Part shown: positions 30,505 through 40,098 of the stretch, piece by piece
How the letters are laid out: each line of letters starts with the position of its first letter
Position numbering within the stretch: position 1 is the stretch's first letter
Assembly: GCA_963695895.1 (NCBI GenBank)
Contig: CAVOIK010000015.1
Location: 38,400-102,399 of the forward strand
Direction of reading: 5' to 3'
DNA: 64,000 bases
Source: an uncultured delta proteobacterium
GTDB lineage: Bacteria > Desulfobacterota > BSN033 > UBA1163
Translations under genes and position numbers: made by a program
The notes under the pieces: generated by a model
The model's input: only the letters and a program-made list of their open reading frames with translations
Databases searched by the model: none
What the model was told of the DNA's origin: nothing

Positions 30505-31740
30505 TCATGAGGCGCCAGAAGACAGGGGATCGGCCACCGCCCGGTAAACCTCCTCGAACTCTTTGACTTTAATGGCCCAGTCGAATTGAAGCGCATAGCT
30601 CCTAATCTTCTCCCTATCCCAAGACTGTTTCAGCGCAGTCTCAATAGCTGTGGCTAAGGATTCGGGATCCCCTTGAGATGTCAGATACCCATATTCGCGA
30701 GAGGGAAGAAGCTCGCTCAAGACACTTGGACTTCCAAGAACTGGACACCCGCAAAGCATAGCTTCGAAAAAGACAAGGCCGAAGCTTTCCATGAAGCTTG
30801 GCAGGACAAAAAGGTCGGCGGCATGGTAGTAATATGCCAATTCCGACTGGACCTTTGGACCTTCAAGGGAAACACAGGAGGAAAGCCCCTTTTCTTCAAT
30901 CAGCTTCGCGAGTTCAGCTCTCTGAGGTCCATCTCCAACGAGCATCAGATTAAAGTTGATCCCTCTGGCTTTGAGCCTGATGGCACTCTCCATCAGAATC
31001 TTCGGTCCTTTGCGCGGGATCAAGCCACCGACAAAAAGGATCAGAAGCTGACCAGGTTCTCTCCCGATGTGCTGCCGCGCCTTATCGATTGGGATAGAAG
31101 GATATTTCGAGACGTCGATAGGATTGTGGATAACCCAGGTTTTCAGCTTCTCCAGCCTGTTGGGGAAGAGTTCCTCGTACCGTTTCTTGACGAAGTGGCT
31201 CACGAAAATCAGGTTTGGGGCCAGCTGCAGATTTCGGTCAATGAACCGATGCCGGAGGTCCTTCAGGGGAGCTTGGGCGAATTCCACAGAGTGGGTAGAG
31301 TGAATCGTCGTGACGATTGGGGACCGGCCGTTTCCTAGGAAGTGCGCATAGGGGAACCGATTCTCGAGATGGTGAACATGAATGACGTCGGGCTGAAACA
31401 AGTGGATGACACGGTCATAGTCCAGGGATTGCACGATGATTCCAGGCAAATGCTGAAGGGAACCGCACCCACGCTTGACACGGCCAACATTTCTCAGAAA
31501 TTGGGGGTCAAGGACACGGCAAGTCCGAAGAGCTTGGATAGGTCGACGCCGGCCATAGATCTCAATCCCCTCTTGGGTTTTCGAACCCTTGTCCTCGGTG
31601 ACGGTGTTATCTGCGAGCACGGCAATCTGGTGATTCTGTCTAGCCAGATGGGTTACAAGACCCCAGAGATGGGTGGCGACGCCGCCGCGCGTCCGGCCGC
31701 CGACGTCAGGAGGAATAGGACCGACCTGTAGAATTCTCAT
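30505..31740 (-). CDS. glycosyltransferase family 4 (GT-B)
   Basis: Likely start MRILQVGPIPPDVGGRTRGGVATHL (4-nt overlap with the upstream gene stop); C-terminus ...EGPKVQSELAYYYHAADLFVLPSFMESFGLVFFEAMLCGCPVLGS. ORF extends further 5' to 31932 without a better start. Confidence 0.6.
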   Translation of the reverse strand: MRILQVGPIPPDVGGRTRGGVATHLWGLVTHLARQNHQIAVLADNTVTEDKGSKTQEGIEIYGRRRPIQALRTCRVLDPQFLRNVGRVKRGCGSLQHLPGIIVQSLDYDRVIHLFQPDVIHVHHLENRFPYAHFLGNGRSPIVTTIHSTHSVEFAQAPLKDLRHRFIDRNLQLAPNLIFVSHFVKKRYEELFPNRLEKLKTWVIHNPIDVSKYPSIPIDKARQHIGREPGQLLILFVGGLIPRKGPKILMESAIRLKARGINFNLMLVGDGPQRAELAKLIEEKGLSSCVSLEGPKVQSELAYYYHAADLFVLPSFMESFGLVFFEAMLCGCPVLGSPSVLSELLPSREYGYLTSQGDPESLATAIETALKQSWDREKIRSYALQFDWAIKVKEFEEVYRAVADPLSSGAS

Positions 31741-32972
31741 GATATGGATCTGCTTTCTTCCCCTTTCAGGATCAAAGCGTAACATTCTGCGAGGGCTCGG
31801 AGCATCCACGCCTGCCCCCAACGGATGTAAGGAATTTTCAATTTCCAGTCGAATCCCGTTTTGGCTTTTCGAACCATGTAGATAAACCAACCCTCGGGAT
31901 GTTGCATGGTCTTCAAGATCCAAGGAACGCATCTCCCCAGATAGCTTAAGGTCTCTGGAAAATCAGGCGCAAGAGTGCTGTGACAAAGAATGGCCTCGGC
32001 ACAGCTATGGATGTTGATGGGATAAAGCGACTGGGGCCTCATTTTAGGATACCCCTCGGATGTGAAAAGATTTTCACAATAGAAGCGATAGCACTTTCTA
32101 AGCGCCTCATAGATTCCTTTTTCTCCGGTCGATTTCCATATCGAGTGAAGAGAGCGAATTTCGAAACCGGCATGGTAGTGGTCTATCTTGCACTCCTTCT
32201 CCTGATCTTTTCCCCAATAGCAAAAAGAACCATCCTCATTTTGCTGCTTCAGCGTGTAGGTTAGCGCTTTCTCGGCCATCTCAAGATATTCTTTTCGTCC
32301 TGAAACCTTCCCGACTTTGATCAAAAAATCGGCCACAAAAAGGTTACCGTTATGGATATGGAAGTGGTCGAGAGGTGTCTTGCTGAAGCAAAGGGAGTCC
32401 TCCTCCAGGACATCAATGTTGAGGTTACGGAGGAAGAACTCGCAAATACTCTGACAGGGGTGAAGAAAGCGATGATCTTGGGTGCTTTGGTAAAACCGCC
32501 AAAAGGCGTCGCCGATGATAGCCGTGATGACTGACGACGGTGTGTCCTTCGGGACAAGGATTTTCGATTGCCAGCTAAAAGGATGGCCCCAACAGAGTCC
32601 ATCATAACCCTGGCAGGGGTTTTCTTCCAACCACTGAAGAGCCCTCTGGGCTTTCGTAAGGTACGTTGTGTCTCTTGTCGTTTCGTAGAGAACTTGGTAA
32701 CCTGCAGCAAATAGCCCCATCGACTTAGGGTTCACCGTTTTAGGAATACGTAAGACTTTTCTTGGGATGGAAGGAAAGAAAGATTCGGTGATCAAGAGAA
32801 TCTGACGGAGAATCCTTTGGGAGAAAGCAGATCCAGATGTTGAAGAAAGGAAGGGATGCTGTTTCAGATCATAAGGGTCGTACCCAGCCCAACCATAGCG
32901 TGTCATCCAATGATCGAGACGAGCGATACTTTCCTTCACCAGGGCTGTTTGTTCTAAAATGCTCATCCTCAT
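31737..32972 (-). CDS. hypothetical alpha/alpha6-barrel-like protein (possible glycan epimerase/lyase/hydrolase)
   Basis: 411 aa; repeated aromatic/Gly-rich helix-pair signatures (GYDPYD, NGNLFVADFL, QNEDGSFCYW, HYHAGFEIRSL, IRWGQAWMLRALAE). Family not identified with certainty. Confidence 0.35.
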   Translation of the reverse strand: MRMSILEQTALVKESIARLDHWMTRYGWAGYDPYDLKQHPFLSSTSGSAFSQRILRQILLITESFFPSIPRKVLRIPKTVNPKSMGLFAAGYQVLYETTRDTTYLTKAQRALQWLEENPCQGYDGLCWGHPFSWQSKILVPKDTPSSVITAIIGDAFWRFYQSTQDHRFLHPCQSICEFFLRNLNIDVLEEDSLCFSKTPLDHFHIHNGNLFVADFLIKVGKVSGRKEYLEMAEKALTYTLKQQNEDGSFCYWGKDQEKECKIDHYHAGFEIRSLHSIWKSTGEKGIYEALRKCYRFYCENLFTSEGYPKMRPQSLYPINIHSCAEAILCHSTLAPDFPETLSYLGRCVPWILKTMQHPEGWFIYMVRKAKTGFDWKLKIPYIRWGQAWMLRALAECYALILKGEESRSIS

Positions 32973-32980
32973 TCGCCGGT

Positions 32981-34637
32981 TTAAAGGTACCCAAGGTCTT
33001 CGAGAGATCTGCGCACCGATTCATCCTGAATTTCCTTGGCCCCCCGTTCTGTGCGCAGAGTAGGTGCGTTCACGAAACGGATCTCCCTTCGAGCGAAATC
33101 ACTCTCGGGTTCGAAGAGATCTTTCAGAACTCTTCCGTCCATATCGTCGGGAATTGGGATTTCAAGAATGTGGAGAAGGGTCGGGACGATGTCAATGATC
33201 TCCGCTTGTCCTAATCGATGGTCTTTGCGAATCTCAGGCCCTCTGACAATGAGAATCCCCTCAGGACGATGGGTTCCGCTGTAGTCCTCGCGGAGGGAGT
33301 CCTTTTGAAAAACAGCCCCCTGAACAAAAGAGGAACGAGAGATGCAGCGCCAGTTATTGATCACGTAAACAAGATCGGGCGCCTGAGATAGATATTTTTC
33401 GCGATACAGTTCTTCTCGCTTGAATATTTGAATCTGCAAATTTGGAGTGGTTGCACTGAGCACTCTGAGTTCATGGATAATTTGTTCTCTGAGCTCTTCG
33501 TATAACCGTGGGGAAACCGTGCCCTGATCTTGGCGGCCCTCCGAATTGATGTAAATTGTTCCGTAGACCGATGTATGAGGAGGACTGTAAGCTCTTGTTC
33601 TGCTCCAGTCAATCTGCCCCAGCATCGACTCATATGAAACCTTCCTCTCTTTCGGCTTGCTTAGGAACCGGGGCGCCCGTTGTCTCAAGTTTTCTGGCAG
33701 AGGAAGGTGTTGGGCGAGGTTGGAGCTGAAATTGTGGATTCTCTGGGAAAACGACTTGGATTTCAGTCCATCCCCTTTGAGCTTGAGAAAACCTTTTTGG
33801 AGAAGCCACTGATTGATGTAAAAGGTTTCGTCTTGAACTCCAAACCCGTGATCGGAAAGAATAAAAACGGTTGTCTTGTCATCCGTTGTCTCCAAGATGT
33901 TTCCCACCGCTTCGTCGAGATGTTTCCAGAAGTCATGGACCAACTCTCGATACTTCGTGTGATGGACGTCGTCTCCATGTTCTTCAGGATCCATGTATCT
34001 CCACAGTCGATGCTGGACGCGATCCGTGCACGTGAAGGCGAAAATGAACAATTCGGGGTCGTATTTGTTTTTCAGAAAGTGATAAGCTTTCATCCTCTGA
34101 TCAAGTAGACTGTGTACATCGTTAAGAAAGTCTTCGTGCCTTCGGTAGTTCCTATATCGGATGTCGGTACGGTGCCCTCCCGTCACACGATCGAGCTCTG
34201 CCTTTAACTCTAAGGGGTAAGTGTAATCTTGAGCATGGTCGGGAATTGGAAAACCTGCCACTAAGAACCCATTCATTTCCACCGGAGGATACGTGGTGGG
34301 CAAGTCATAAACACCGATGCAGCAATCGCCAAGGGAGCCGACGATATCCCAGATCGTTGGGTCGGGGAGTTGTCCAAGCTGAATCAAAGAGGTCTGATAT
34401 CTCTTGGGGTCGTGCCTTAGAAAGTCAAAGACTCCTGTCGTGCCAGGATTTTTCCCCGTCTTGAAGGCGTGCCAAGACGGACCGCTTACAGGGGGCATGG
34501 TGGATAGAAGCTCTCCGCTCGAACCCTCCGCCATAAGTTTGGCTAGGTTTGGTAAAGTGCCCCTCCTCTATCAAAGGGCGGATCACTTTGAAAGTGACAC
34601 CATCCAATGCAATCAGCAAAACCCTATTTTTCAACAT
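32981..34637 (-). pseudogene. alkaline-phosphatase-superfamily protein (PF01663-type), paralog 3; apparent +1 frameshift ~nt 34560 (C4 run)
   Basis: N-terminal piece MLKNRVLLIALDGVTFKVIRPLIEEG (ORF 34425..34637). Frame of ORF 32981..34534 continues TLPNLAKLMAEGSSGELLSTMPPVSGPSWHAF...; ends ...RSLEDLGYL*. Confidence 0.55.
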
Positions 34638-34711
34638 GTTTGTGCCTGAACCTTGTCTCTGTCACCCAAGAACTCCAGAGCCCAATGCGACCTAGCCTCT
34701 AAAACCGTGTC

Positions 34712-35896
34712 TCAGGACTTCTCATGAGGCCTGGAAGGGGTCTTAGTCAGAATTTTGATGATCCTCTCCGCTGTCTTCCCGTCCCAAAGGGCAGGGATCT
34801 TGGCCTTCTTCGATTTCCCTGCTAGGATCTTGGACGCTTCCCTAATGATCTTTTGGGTATCATTCCAGACCAGGACGTTCGTTCCTTGGGTAATCGTGAT
34901 GGGACGTTCGGTGGTGTTACGAAGGGTCAGGCAGGGAATGTTGAGGACCATCGCCTCCTCTTGAATCCCTCCAGAATCCGTAAAGACCAGTCTTGAATGA
35001 ACCATCAGCTTGACAAAATCGAGATAACCCAAAGGATCCATTCCGTAGAAGCCGGGGGAACTCAGGTCGGCTCGCCGACGGACATCTCGGAAGAGAATTT
35101 TGTCTTGAAGTCCAAACGCAGACAACTGTTTCCTGGTCCGGGGGTGAACGGGAAACAAAATGGGTATTCTCTTCGAAATGACTTCGAGACCCTTCAGGAT
35201 CTTCGTCAGAGAGCCTTGATCATCGGCATTGCTGGGACGATGGAGCGTGAGGAGAGCGTAGGGAGAGATGCGGGAGGGGTCTTTCTGAAGGCCCAATCGG
35301 ACCAGGATGTTTGATTTTTCTGCTTCCTTCATATGAAAGAAGAGACTGTCAATCATGATGTCTCCCACTTGATAGATCTTCTTAGCAGAGACCCCTTCTT
35401 TCAAGAGGTTCTTGCCGCCGTCCGGCGAGGGAGTGAAGAGATAGGTGGAGAGTGAATCGGTCACCAGACGATTGATCTCTTCGGGCATGGTTCGATCGAA
35501 AGATCGCAGGCCAGCTTCCACATGAGCTACCGGGATGGTCAATTTCACTGCGGCTAGCGTACAGGCGAGGGTTGAATTCACGTCACCCACCACAATCACT
35601 GCCTCCGGTTTTTCTCTTAAGAGTACCTTCTCAAACTCGACCATGACCTTCCCGGTCTGCTCGGCATGACTTCCTGAACCGACCCCCAGGTGAATGTGGG
35701 GGTCCGGAATCTTCAAATCTTCAAAAAAAGAATCGGACATATTGAAGTCGTAATGTTGTCCGGTGTGGACCAACACGTATTTCACGCGTTCCTTCTTTGT
35801 TTCCACAGAACGGTTGTGCTTTTCTATGGCCCGAACCAAAGGGGCCACCTTCATGAAGTTGGGTCGTGCAGCGGCAACCAGAATGAATTTCTTCAT
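34712..35896 (-). CDS. wecB: UDP-N-acetylglucosamine 2-epimerase (non-hydrolysing)
   Basis: 394 aa MKKFILVAAARPNFMKVAPLVRAI...HTGQHYDFNMSDSFFEDLKIPDPHIHLGVGSGSHAEQT... Confidence 0.75.
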   Translation of the reverse strand: MKKFILVAAARPNFMKVAPLVRAIEKHNRSVETKKERVKYVLVHTGQHYDFNMSDSFFEDLKIPDPHIHLGVGSGSHAEQTGKVMVEFEKVLLREKPEAVIVVGDVNSTLACTLAAVKLTIPVAHVEAGLRSFDRTMPEEINRLVTDSLSTYLFTPSPDGGKNLLKEGVSAKKIYQVGDIMIDSLFFHMKEAEKSNILVRLGLQKDPSRISPYALLTLHRPSNADDQGSLTKILKGLEVISKRIPILFPVHPRTRKQLSAFGLQDKILFRDVRRRADLSSPGFYGMDPLGYLDFVKLMVHSRLVFTDSGGIQEEAMVLNIPCLTLRNTTERPITITQGTNVLVWNDTQKIIREASKILAGKSKKAKIPALWDGKTAERIIKILTKTPSRPHEKS

Positions 35897-36166
35897 TGTC
35901 TTGATCCTGTAGTTAACGTATTTCTGAGAACGACTCTCACCGAAGTCCTACTTGCAGGCTCCGTGCACGTGAAGAACCAATTCTTATCTATTCCAGTTCA
36001 ACGGTAAAATCAGATGATCTTATAAAGTCATTCTGCCGGAGGTTCGGGTGAATGGAAACTTTATGATTGCTATCATTCAATCCCTAATTCCGATCAATGG
36101 CAGAATCAGAACAGTCAAGTGATTAGGCCATGTAAAAAACTGGTATGGACATTGGGCGAAGGCAGA

Positions 36167-37465
36167 CTATGACGAGAAGTAGTCCAGGATGACTTTGGCG
36201 GGAAACTCTATATTCATAGTGCCTTCCAATTTGATATGAGAGGGAAGGATGAGGACGGCATTGTTCCACGTGTGCATTCCCGTGAAAATATCGGACGTAA
36301 ACACTTCTTCCTTTCTCATATTCCCTTTCAGGTCGTACCCCACGTTCGGAACACAGACAAGGTCCGGAGCCTGTTCAAGGTAGGGGCCTTGATAGATCTT
36401 CTCTTTTTCGAAAACGGAATTGATCACCGGTGTGCCATCTTCGGTTTTCAGTTCAGAAAGCACTGCTTTTACCTGTTCCCTGAACTTGCTTGCCTGGCCC
36501 GCGGTCACATGCCCCTTGGGAAATTTCTCGTCGTGGATATAGATCCTCCCAGGATCCATGGCAAAGGCCAAGGTGCCGCGGTCGATCTTCTCATAGTATT
36601 CCTTCGATGGATCCAACTTAAGCAGTCCCGTCTTTTGAAGATAGGCATTCAGATTGACCTCTCGCTCCAACAGAGAGAACCCATGGTCAGAAAGAATCAT
36701 GAAAAGGAAATCCTCTCCCCATTTCTTCTTCGCTGCGTAGTAGAGGTCTGACATCATTTCATCAATCGCCCGGTAAGGCTTCTCAAAGGTGTCCGACTCC
36801 TTTTCGTTGAAAAAGAAGTGATGAAGCCGATCTGTCTCGGTGATACAGAAAACGCAAAGATCCCATGCCTCTCGATCAAAGAGGTCAAGGAAGACTTTCC
36901 GACGAACAGAAAGGCTCTGAAGGATGTCTGCATAGAGAGCTTTCTTGTCTCTCCGAGCCTTTTCTGCCTCGACGTCGATGATATAGTTCATGGATCTCAA
37001 GAGTGGGACGTAGGAGGAGGGATAGACGGCCTTCTCGAAATCGACCGCGACAAAGCCAGAGACCAGTAGCCCTTCAATGGGAAAGGCAGGATAGGTGCTT
37101 GGCACATTGATCACAAGAGTCTTGTTAAGTTTTCCCTGTTTGGAGAGAGTCTGCCAGAAGGGGGGCGACCTCATATCTCTCGAATTAGTAAAGTGAAGCT
37201 TATAAGAAGCGGGTTGGAGGTGAGTAAATCCAAAGATGCCGTGCTGACCCGGATTGACCCCGGTCATGAACGAGGTCCATGAGACACTCGAGATTTCAGG
37301 GAGGGATGCGTTCATGGAATGGAGCGCGAACCCTTGGGTCAAAATCTGATTCAGTTTGGGCATGGTTCCATTCTTTATAAAGGTGTCGAGCAGCGGGTGA
37401 GGAACACCATCAATTCCGATGACGAGGGCTCTTTTCCTTTTTTTCGAAAACCATTTCATGGACAT
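36167..37465 (-). CDS. alkaline-phosphatase-superfamily protein (PF01663-type), paralog 4; first gene of the minus-strand operon
   Basis: 432 aa ...ALVIGIDGVPHPLLDTF...FMILSDHGFS...; lacks the LGYL tail. Confidence 0.55.
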   Translation of the reverse strand: MSMKWFSKKRKRALVIGIDGVPHPLLDTFIKNGTMPKLNQILTQGFALHSMNASLPEISSVSWTSFMTGVNPGQHGIFGFTHLQPASYKLHFTNSRDMRSPPFWQTLSKQGKLNKTLVINVPSTYPAFPIEGLLVSGFVAVDFEKAVYPSSYVPLLRSMNYIIDVEAEKARRDKKALYADILQSLSVRRKVFLDLFDREAWDLCVFCITETDRLHHFFFNEKESDTFEKPYRAIDEMMSDLYYAAKKKWGEDFLFMILSDHGFSLLEREVNLNAYLQKTGLLKLDPSKEYYEKIDRGTLAFAMDPGRIYIHDEKFPKGHVTAGQASKFREQVKAVLSELKTEDGTPVINSVFEKEKIYQGPYLEQAPDLVCVPNVGYDLKGNMRKEEVFTSDIFTGMHTWNNAVLILPSHIKLEGTMNIEFPAKVILDYFSS

Positions 37466-37492
37466 ACTCCGTAAGGCATCCCTCTTGGGCAG

Positions 37493-37545
37493 ATCACATT
37501 TTCACCGCAAAGGCGCAAGGAGCGCAAAGGAGCAAACCTTTCCCC
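37493..37545 (-). promoter_or_regulatory. copy B of conserved upstream motif (5' of the AlkP4/minus-strand operon)
   Basis: Minus-strand reading: ggtttgctcctttgcgctccttgcgcctttgcggtgaaaatgtgatc, about 30-80 nt upstream of the start at 37465. Confidence 0.35.
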
Positions 37546-37589
37546 CTGCCGCACACACCCCATAACACTTTTTGATGAAGTGTGTCCAA

Positions 37590-37752
37590 TTGGATTCCCT
37601 TCCACCTGGCCGGAGAGTTCCCCGTCGCGCCCAGGCAGGATAGGGGGGTCCCTGCCTGCCGGCAGGCAGGCACAATATAGAAATAGTAAATCATTGTCGG
37701 GAAGTCCCGGGCTGTGCCTGCCTGTCGGCAGACAGGCGCGGGAGCTTCATAA
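37590..37752. repeat. BIME/REP-like mosaic intergenic repeat unit (type 2)
   Basis: Contains palindrome cctgcctgccggcaggcagg, box cacaatatagaaatagtaaatcattgtcgggaag, second palindrome ctgtgcctgcctgtcggcagacaggcgcgggagcttcat. Near-identical unit at 41172-41302. Confidence 0.6.
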
Positions 37753-37820
37753 TTTCCTTGATTAACTTGATTAAGTTGTGAAGTTTTGTTAGAAAAGCCT
37801 TAACCGAATGGAGTCCAACC

Positions 37821-38543
37821 ATGGTTCCAAGCGAGAAAGTTCTGGTGATCATCCCAGCCTATAATGAAGAGAAATCGATCGGGAAGGTCATCGAAGACGT
37901 CAAGACCCATTTCCCGCAAGCAGATATTCTGGTGGCTAATGATGGATCCACGGATCACACGTCTGAACGGGCTAGGAACTGTTCAGTGACCGTCCTGGAT
38001 CTTCCCTACAATCTAGGCATCGGGGGGGCGGTGCAGGCCGGTTATAAGTATGCTTTTGAGAAAGAATATGATGTCGCCATTCAGGTGGATGGAGACGGAC
38101 AACATGCACCCAAAGAGATCCGTAAGCTCTTTGAAAATTTGATCAAGAACGGAAATGACATGACCATCGGGTCTCGTTTTCTGGGTGGCTCAGAGTACCG
38201 GGCCTCCCTGATGCGCCGGGTGGGAATTACGATTCTCTCCATGGTCGTCTCTGTCCTCATCAGACAAAAAGTCACGGATCCAACGTCGGGATTCCGGGCA
38301 GCAAGTCGAAGGGCGATTCAACTCTTCGCCCTGGATTACCCCCAGGACTATCCTGAGCCAGAGGTTCTGGTTCTGTTGAGCCGTAACGGTCTGAAGATCG
38401 AAGAAGTTCCGGTAAAAATTGAGCAACGATCCTTCGGAGAATCTTCGATCACGAACATCAGGGCCATCTACTACATGATCAAAGTGTTACTGGCCATTTT
38501 CGTGGATTGTTTTAAGAAAAAGACCCCTTTGACCGGCAAGTGA
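37821..38543 (+). CDS. GT2 polyprenyl-phosphate glycosyltransferase (GtrB/ArnC/DPM1-like)
   Basis: 240 aa VLVIIPAYNEEKSIGKVI...VANDGSTDHTSE...VDGDGQH...PTSGFRA, classic Dpm1/GtrB motifs. Confidence 0.65.
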   Translation: MVPSEKVLVIIPAYNEEKSIGKVIEDVKTHFPQADILVANDGSTDHTSERARNCSVTVLDLPYNLGIGGAVQAGYKYAFEKEYDVAIQVDGDGQHAPKEIRKLFENLIKNGNDMTIGSRFLGGSEYRASLMRRVGITILSMVVSVLIRQKVTDPTSGFRAASRRAIQLFALDYPQDYPEPEVLVLLSRNGLKIEEVPVKIEQRSFGESSITNIRAIYYMIKVLLAIFVDCFKKKTPLTGK

Positions 38544-38642
38544 CCCGTCCCGCCTGAGCGGGAAGGGCGGGGTCACGGGGCACAATATGAAAGGAAGCTA
38601 CCTTACCGGGAAGCCCGGCCCTTTAGGGCGGGGAGATTCACA
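38540..38642. repeat. BIME/REP-like mosaic repeat unit (type 1) with terminator-like hairpin and SD-bearing 3' end
   Basis: Hairpin gtgacccgtcccgcc-tgagcgggaag-ggcggggtcac; gggcacaatatgaaagga; ccgggaagcccggccctttagggcggggagattcac, ending 16 nt before the ATG at 38657. Confidence 0.55.
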
Positions 38643-38656
38643 TAGGAGAACCAAAG

Positions 38657-39040
38657 ATGTTGATCAAAATCCAAATTATCATCGGAGCCCTGAGCATTGC
38701 TCTCCTCCTCTTTACGTGTGAGTTGATTCGGCAGAAGAGACTGAGGGAGGAGTATTCTCTCCTTTGGCTATTTACCGCCGGAGCAACTTTCATTTTCAGC
38801 CTCTCTCCAAACTTCTTCCTTGCCAAATTTTTCAGCCGTATCACAGGCCTCTACTATCTTTCGGCGGTCGTGCTGATCCTCTTTGCCTTTCTGCTTTTGA
38901 TCGTCTTCCATTTCTCGGTGGTGATCTCAAAGCTTACTGATCGAAACAAGGAGCTGACGCAGCGGTACTCCCTCTTGGAACTGGAATTTAAGGAATTCAA
39001 GAAACAGCTTTCTTCAGAGCCGAGGAGAAATCCATCATGA
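38657..39040 (+). CDS. DUF2304-family small membrane protein (GT2/GtrA-associated)
   Basis: 127 aa, 3-4 hydrophobic helices, cytoplasmic coiled C-terminus; immediately downstream of the GtrB-like GT2. Confidence 0.45.
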   Translation: MLIKIQIIIGALSIALLLFTCELIRQKRLREEYSLLWLFTAGATFIFSLSPNFFLAKFFSRITGLYYLSAVVLILFAFLLLIVFHFSVVISKLTDRNKELTQRYSLLELEFKEFKKQLSSEPRRNPS

Positions 39041-39996
39041 CAAGAGCCTTGGTCACCGGAGGAGGGGGGTTCATCGGGTCCCACCTGGCTGAAGCCCTAC
39101 TTAAGAAAGGGCATGGGGTTCGGATCCTTGATGACTTCTCAACGGGCAAGAGAGAAAACCTAACCTTCAGAAATCACACTCCTTCGCTGGACATTGTCGA
39201 AGGAGATATTCGCGACCTGGTCCTCTGTCAAAAAGCGATGGAAGGGGTGGACTATGTCTTCCACCAAGCGGCCCTGCCGTCCGTCCAACGCTCTGTGGAG
39301 GATCCCCTCGGTTCCAATGCGGTAAATGTGGGAGGAACACTCAACGTCCTTCTTGCAGCGAGGGATGCGAAAGTGAAGCGAGTGATGTATGCGTCTTCTT
39401 CATCGATCTACGGCGATACGCCAACGCTACCGAAGAAAGAAGACATGTCTCCCACGCCGCTTTCGCCTTATGCTTTGCAAAAATACACAGGAGAGCAATA
39501 CTGCCGGCTTTTTTCCCAGCTCTATGGTCTCGAAACGGTCTCATTGAGATACTTCAATGTCTTTGGTCCAAGACAAGACCCAAACTCTGTCTACTCAGCC
39601 GTCATCCCAAGATTTATTGAGGCCTTGCTCCACCGACGGTCTCCCATTGTTTACGGAGACGGAGAACAGTCACGGGATTTCACCTACATTGACAATGTGG
39701 TCCAGGCAAACGTGTTGGCCATGTCTGCTCAAGGTCTTCAAGGAGAGATCGTCAACATCGCCTGCGGGCAGAGGATCTCATTGAACCAACTGCTGGGGTT
39801 CTTGAAGCAGTTCATCCCTTCAGAGAGACCCGCGGTTTACGAGGAGGCAAGGCCAGGAGATGTTCGACATTCTTTAGCCGATATCTCTAAGGCAAAGGAC
39901 TGCTTGAGGTACGAGCCGATAGCGAGTATTGAAACCGGACTGAAAAGGACTGTCGAATTTTTTGGCCGGCAAGTGTCCCGCAAGCCCCATCCTTGA
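39037..39996 (+). CDS. NAD-dependent epimerase/dehydratase (WbpP/TviC-like UDP-sugar 4-epimerase)
   Basis: 319 aa MTRALVTGGGGFIGSHL...YASSSSIYGD...YALQKY (YxxxK). Confidence 0.6.
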   Translation: MTRALVTGGGGFIGSHLAEALLKKGHGVRILDDFSTGKRENLTFRNHTPSLDIVEGDIRDLVLCQKAMEGVDYVFHQAALPSVQRSVEDPLGSNAVNVGGTLNVLLAARDAKVKRVMYASSSSIYGDTPTLPKKEDMSPTPLSPYALQKYTGEQYCRLFSQLYGLETVSLRYFNVFGPRQDPNSVYSAVIPRFIEALLHRRSPIVYGDGEQSRDFTYIDNVVQANVLAMSAQGLQGEIVNIACGQRISLNQLLGFLKQFIPSERPAVYEEARPGDVRHSLADISKAKDCLRYEPIASIETGLKRTVEFFGRQVSRKPHP

Positions 39997-40072
39997 AGGT
40001 GGGGTCGAGGGGCACAATATAAAAGGAAACGACCCTACCGGGAAGCCCCGCCTTCAGGGCGTGGAGCTTCAC
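39990..40072. repeat. BIME/REP-like mosaic repeat unit (type 1)
   Basis: gggcacaatataaaaggaaacgaccctaccgggaagccccgccttcagggcgtggagcttcac, ~25 nt before the GTG start at 40099. Confidence 0.55.
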
Positions 40073-40098
40073 AAAGCGTCCGTGAAAGGGATTGAAAA

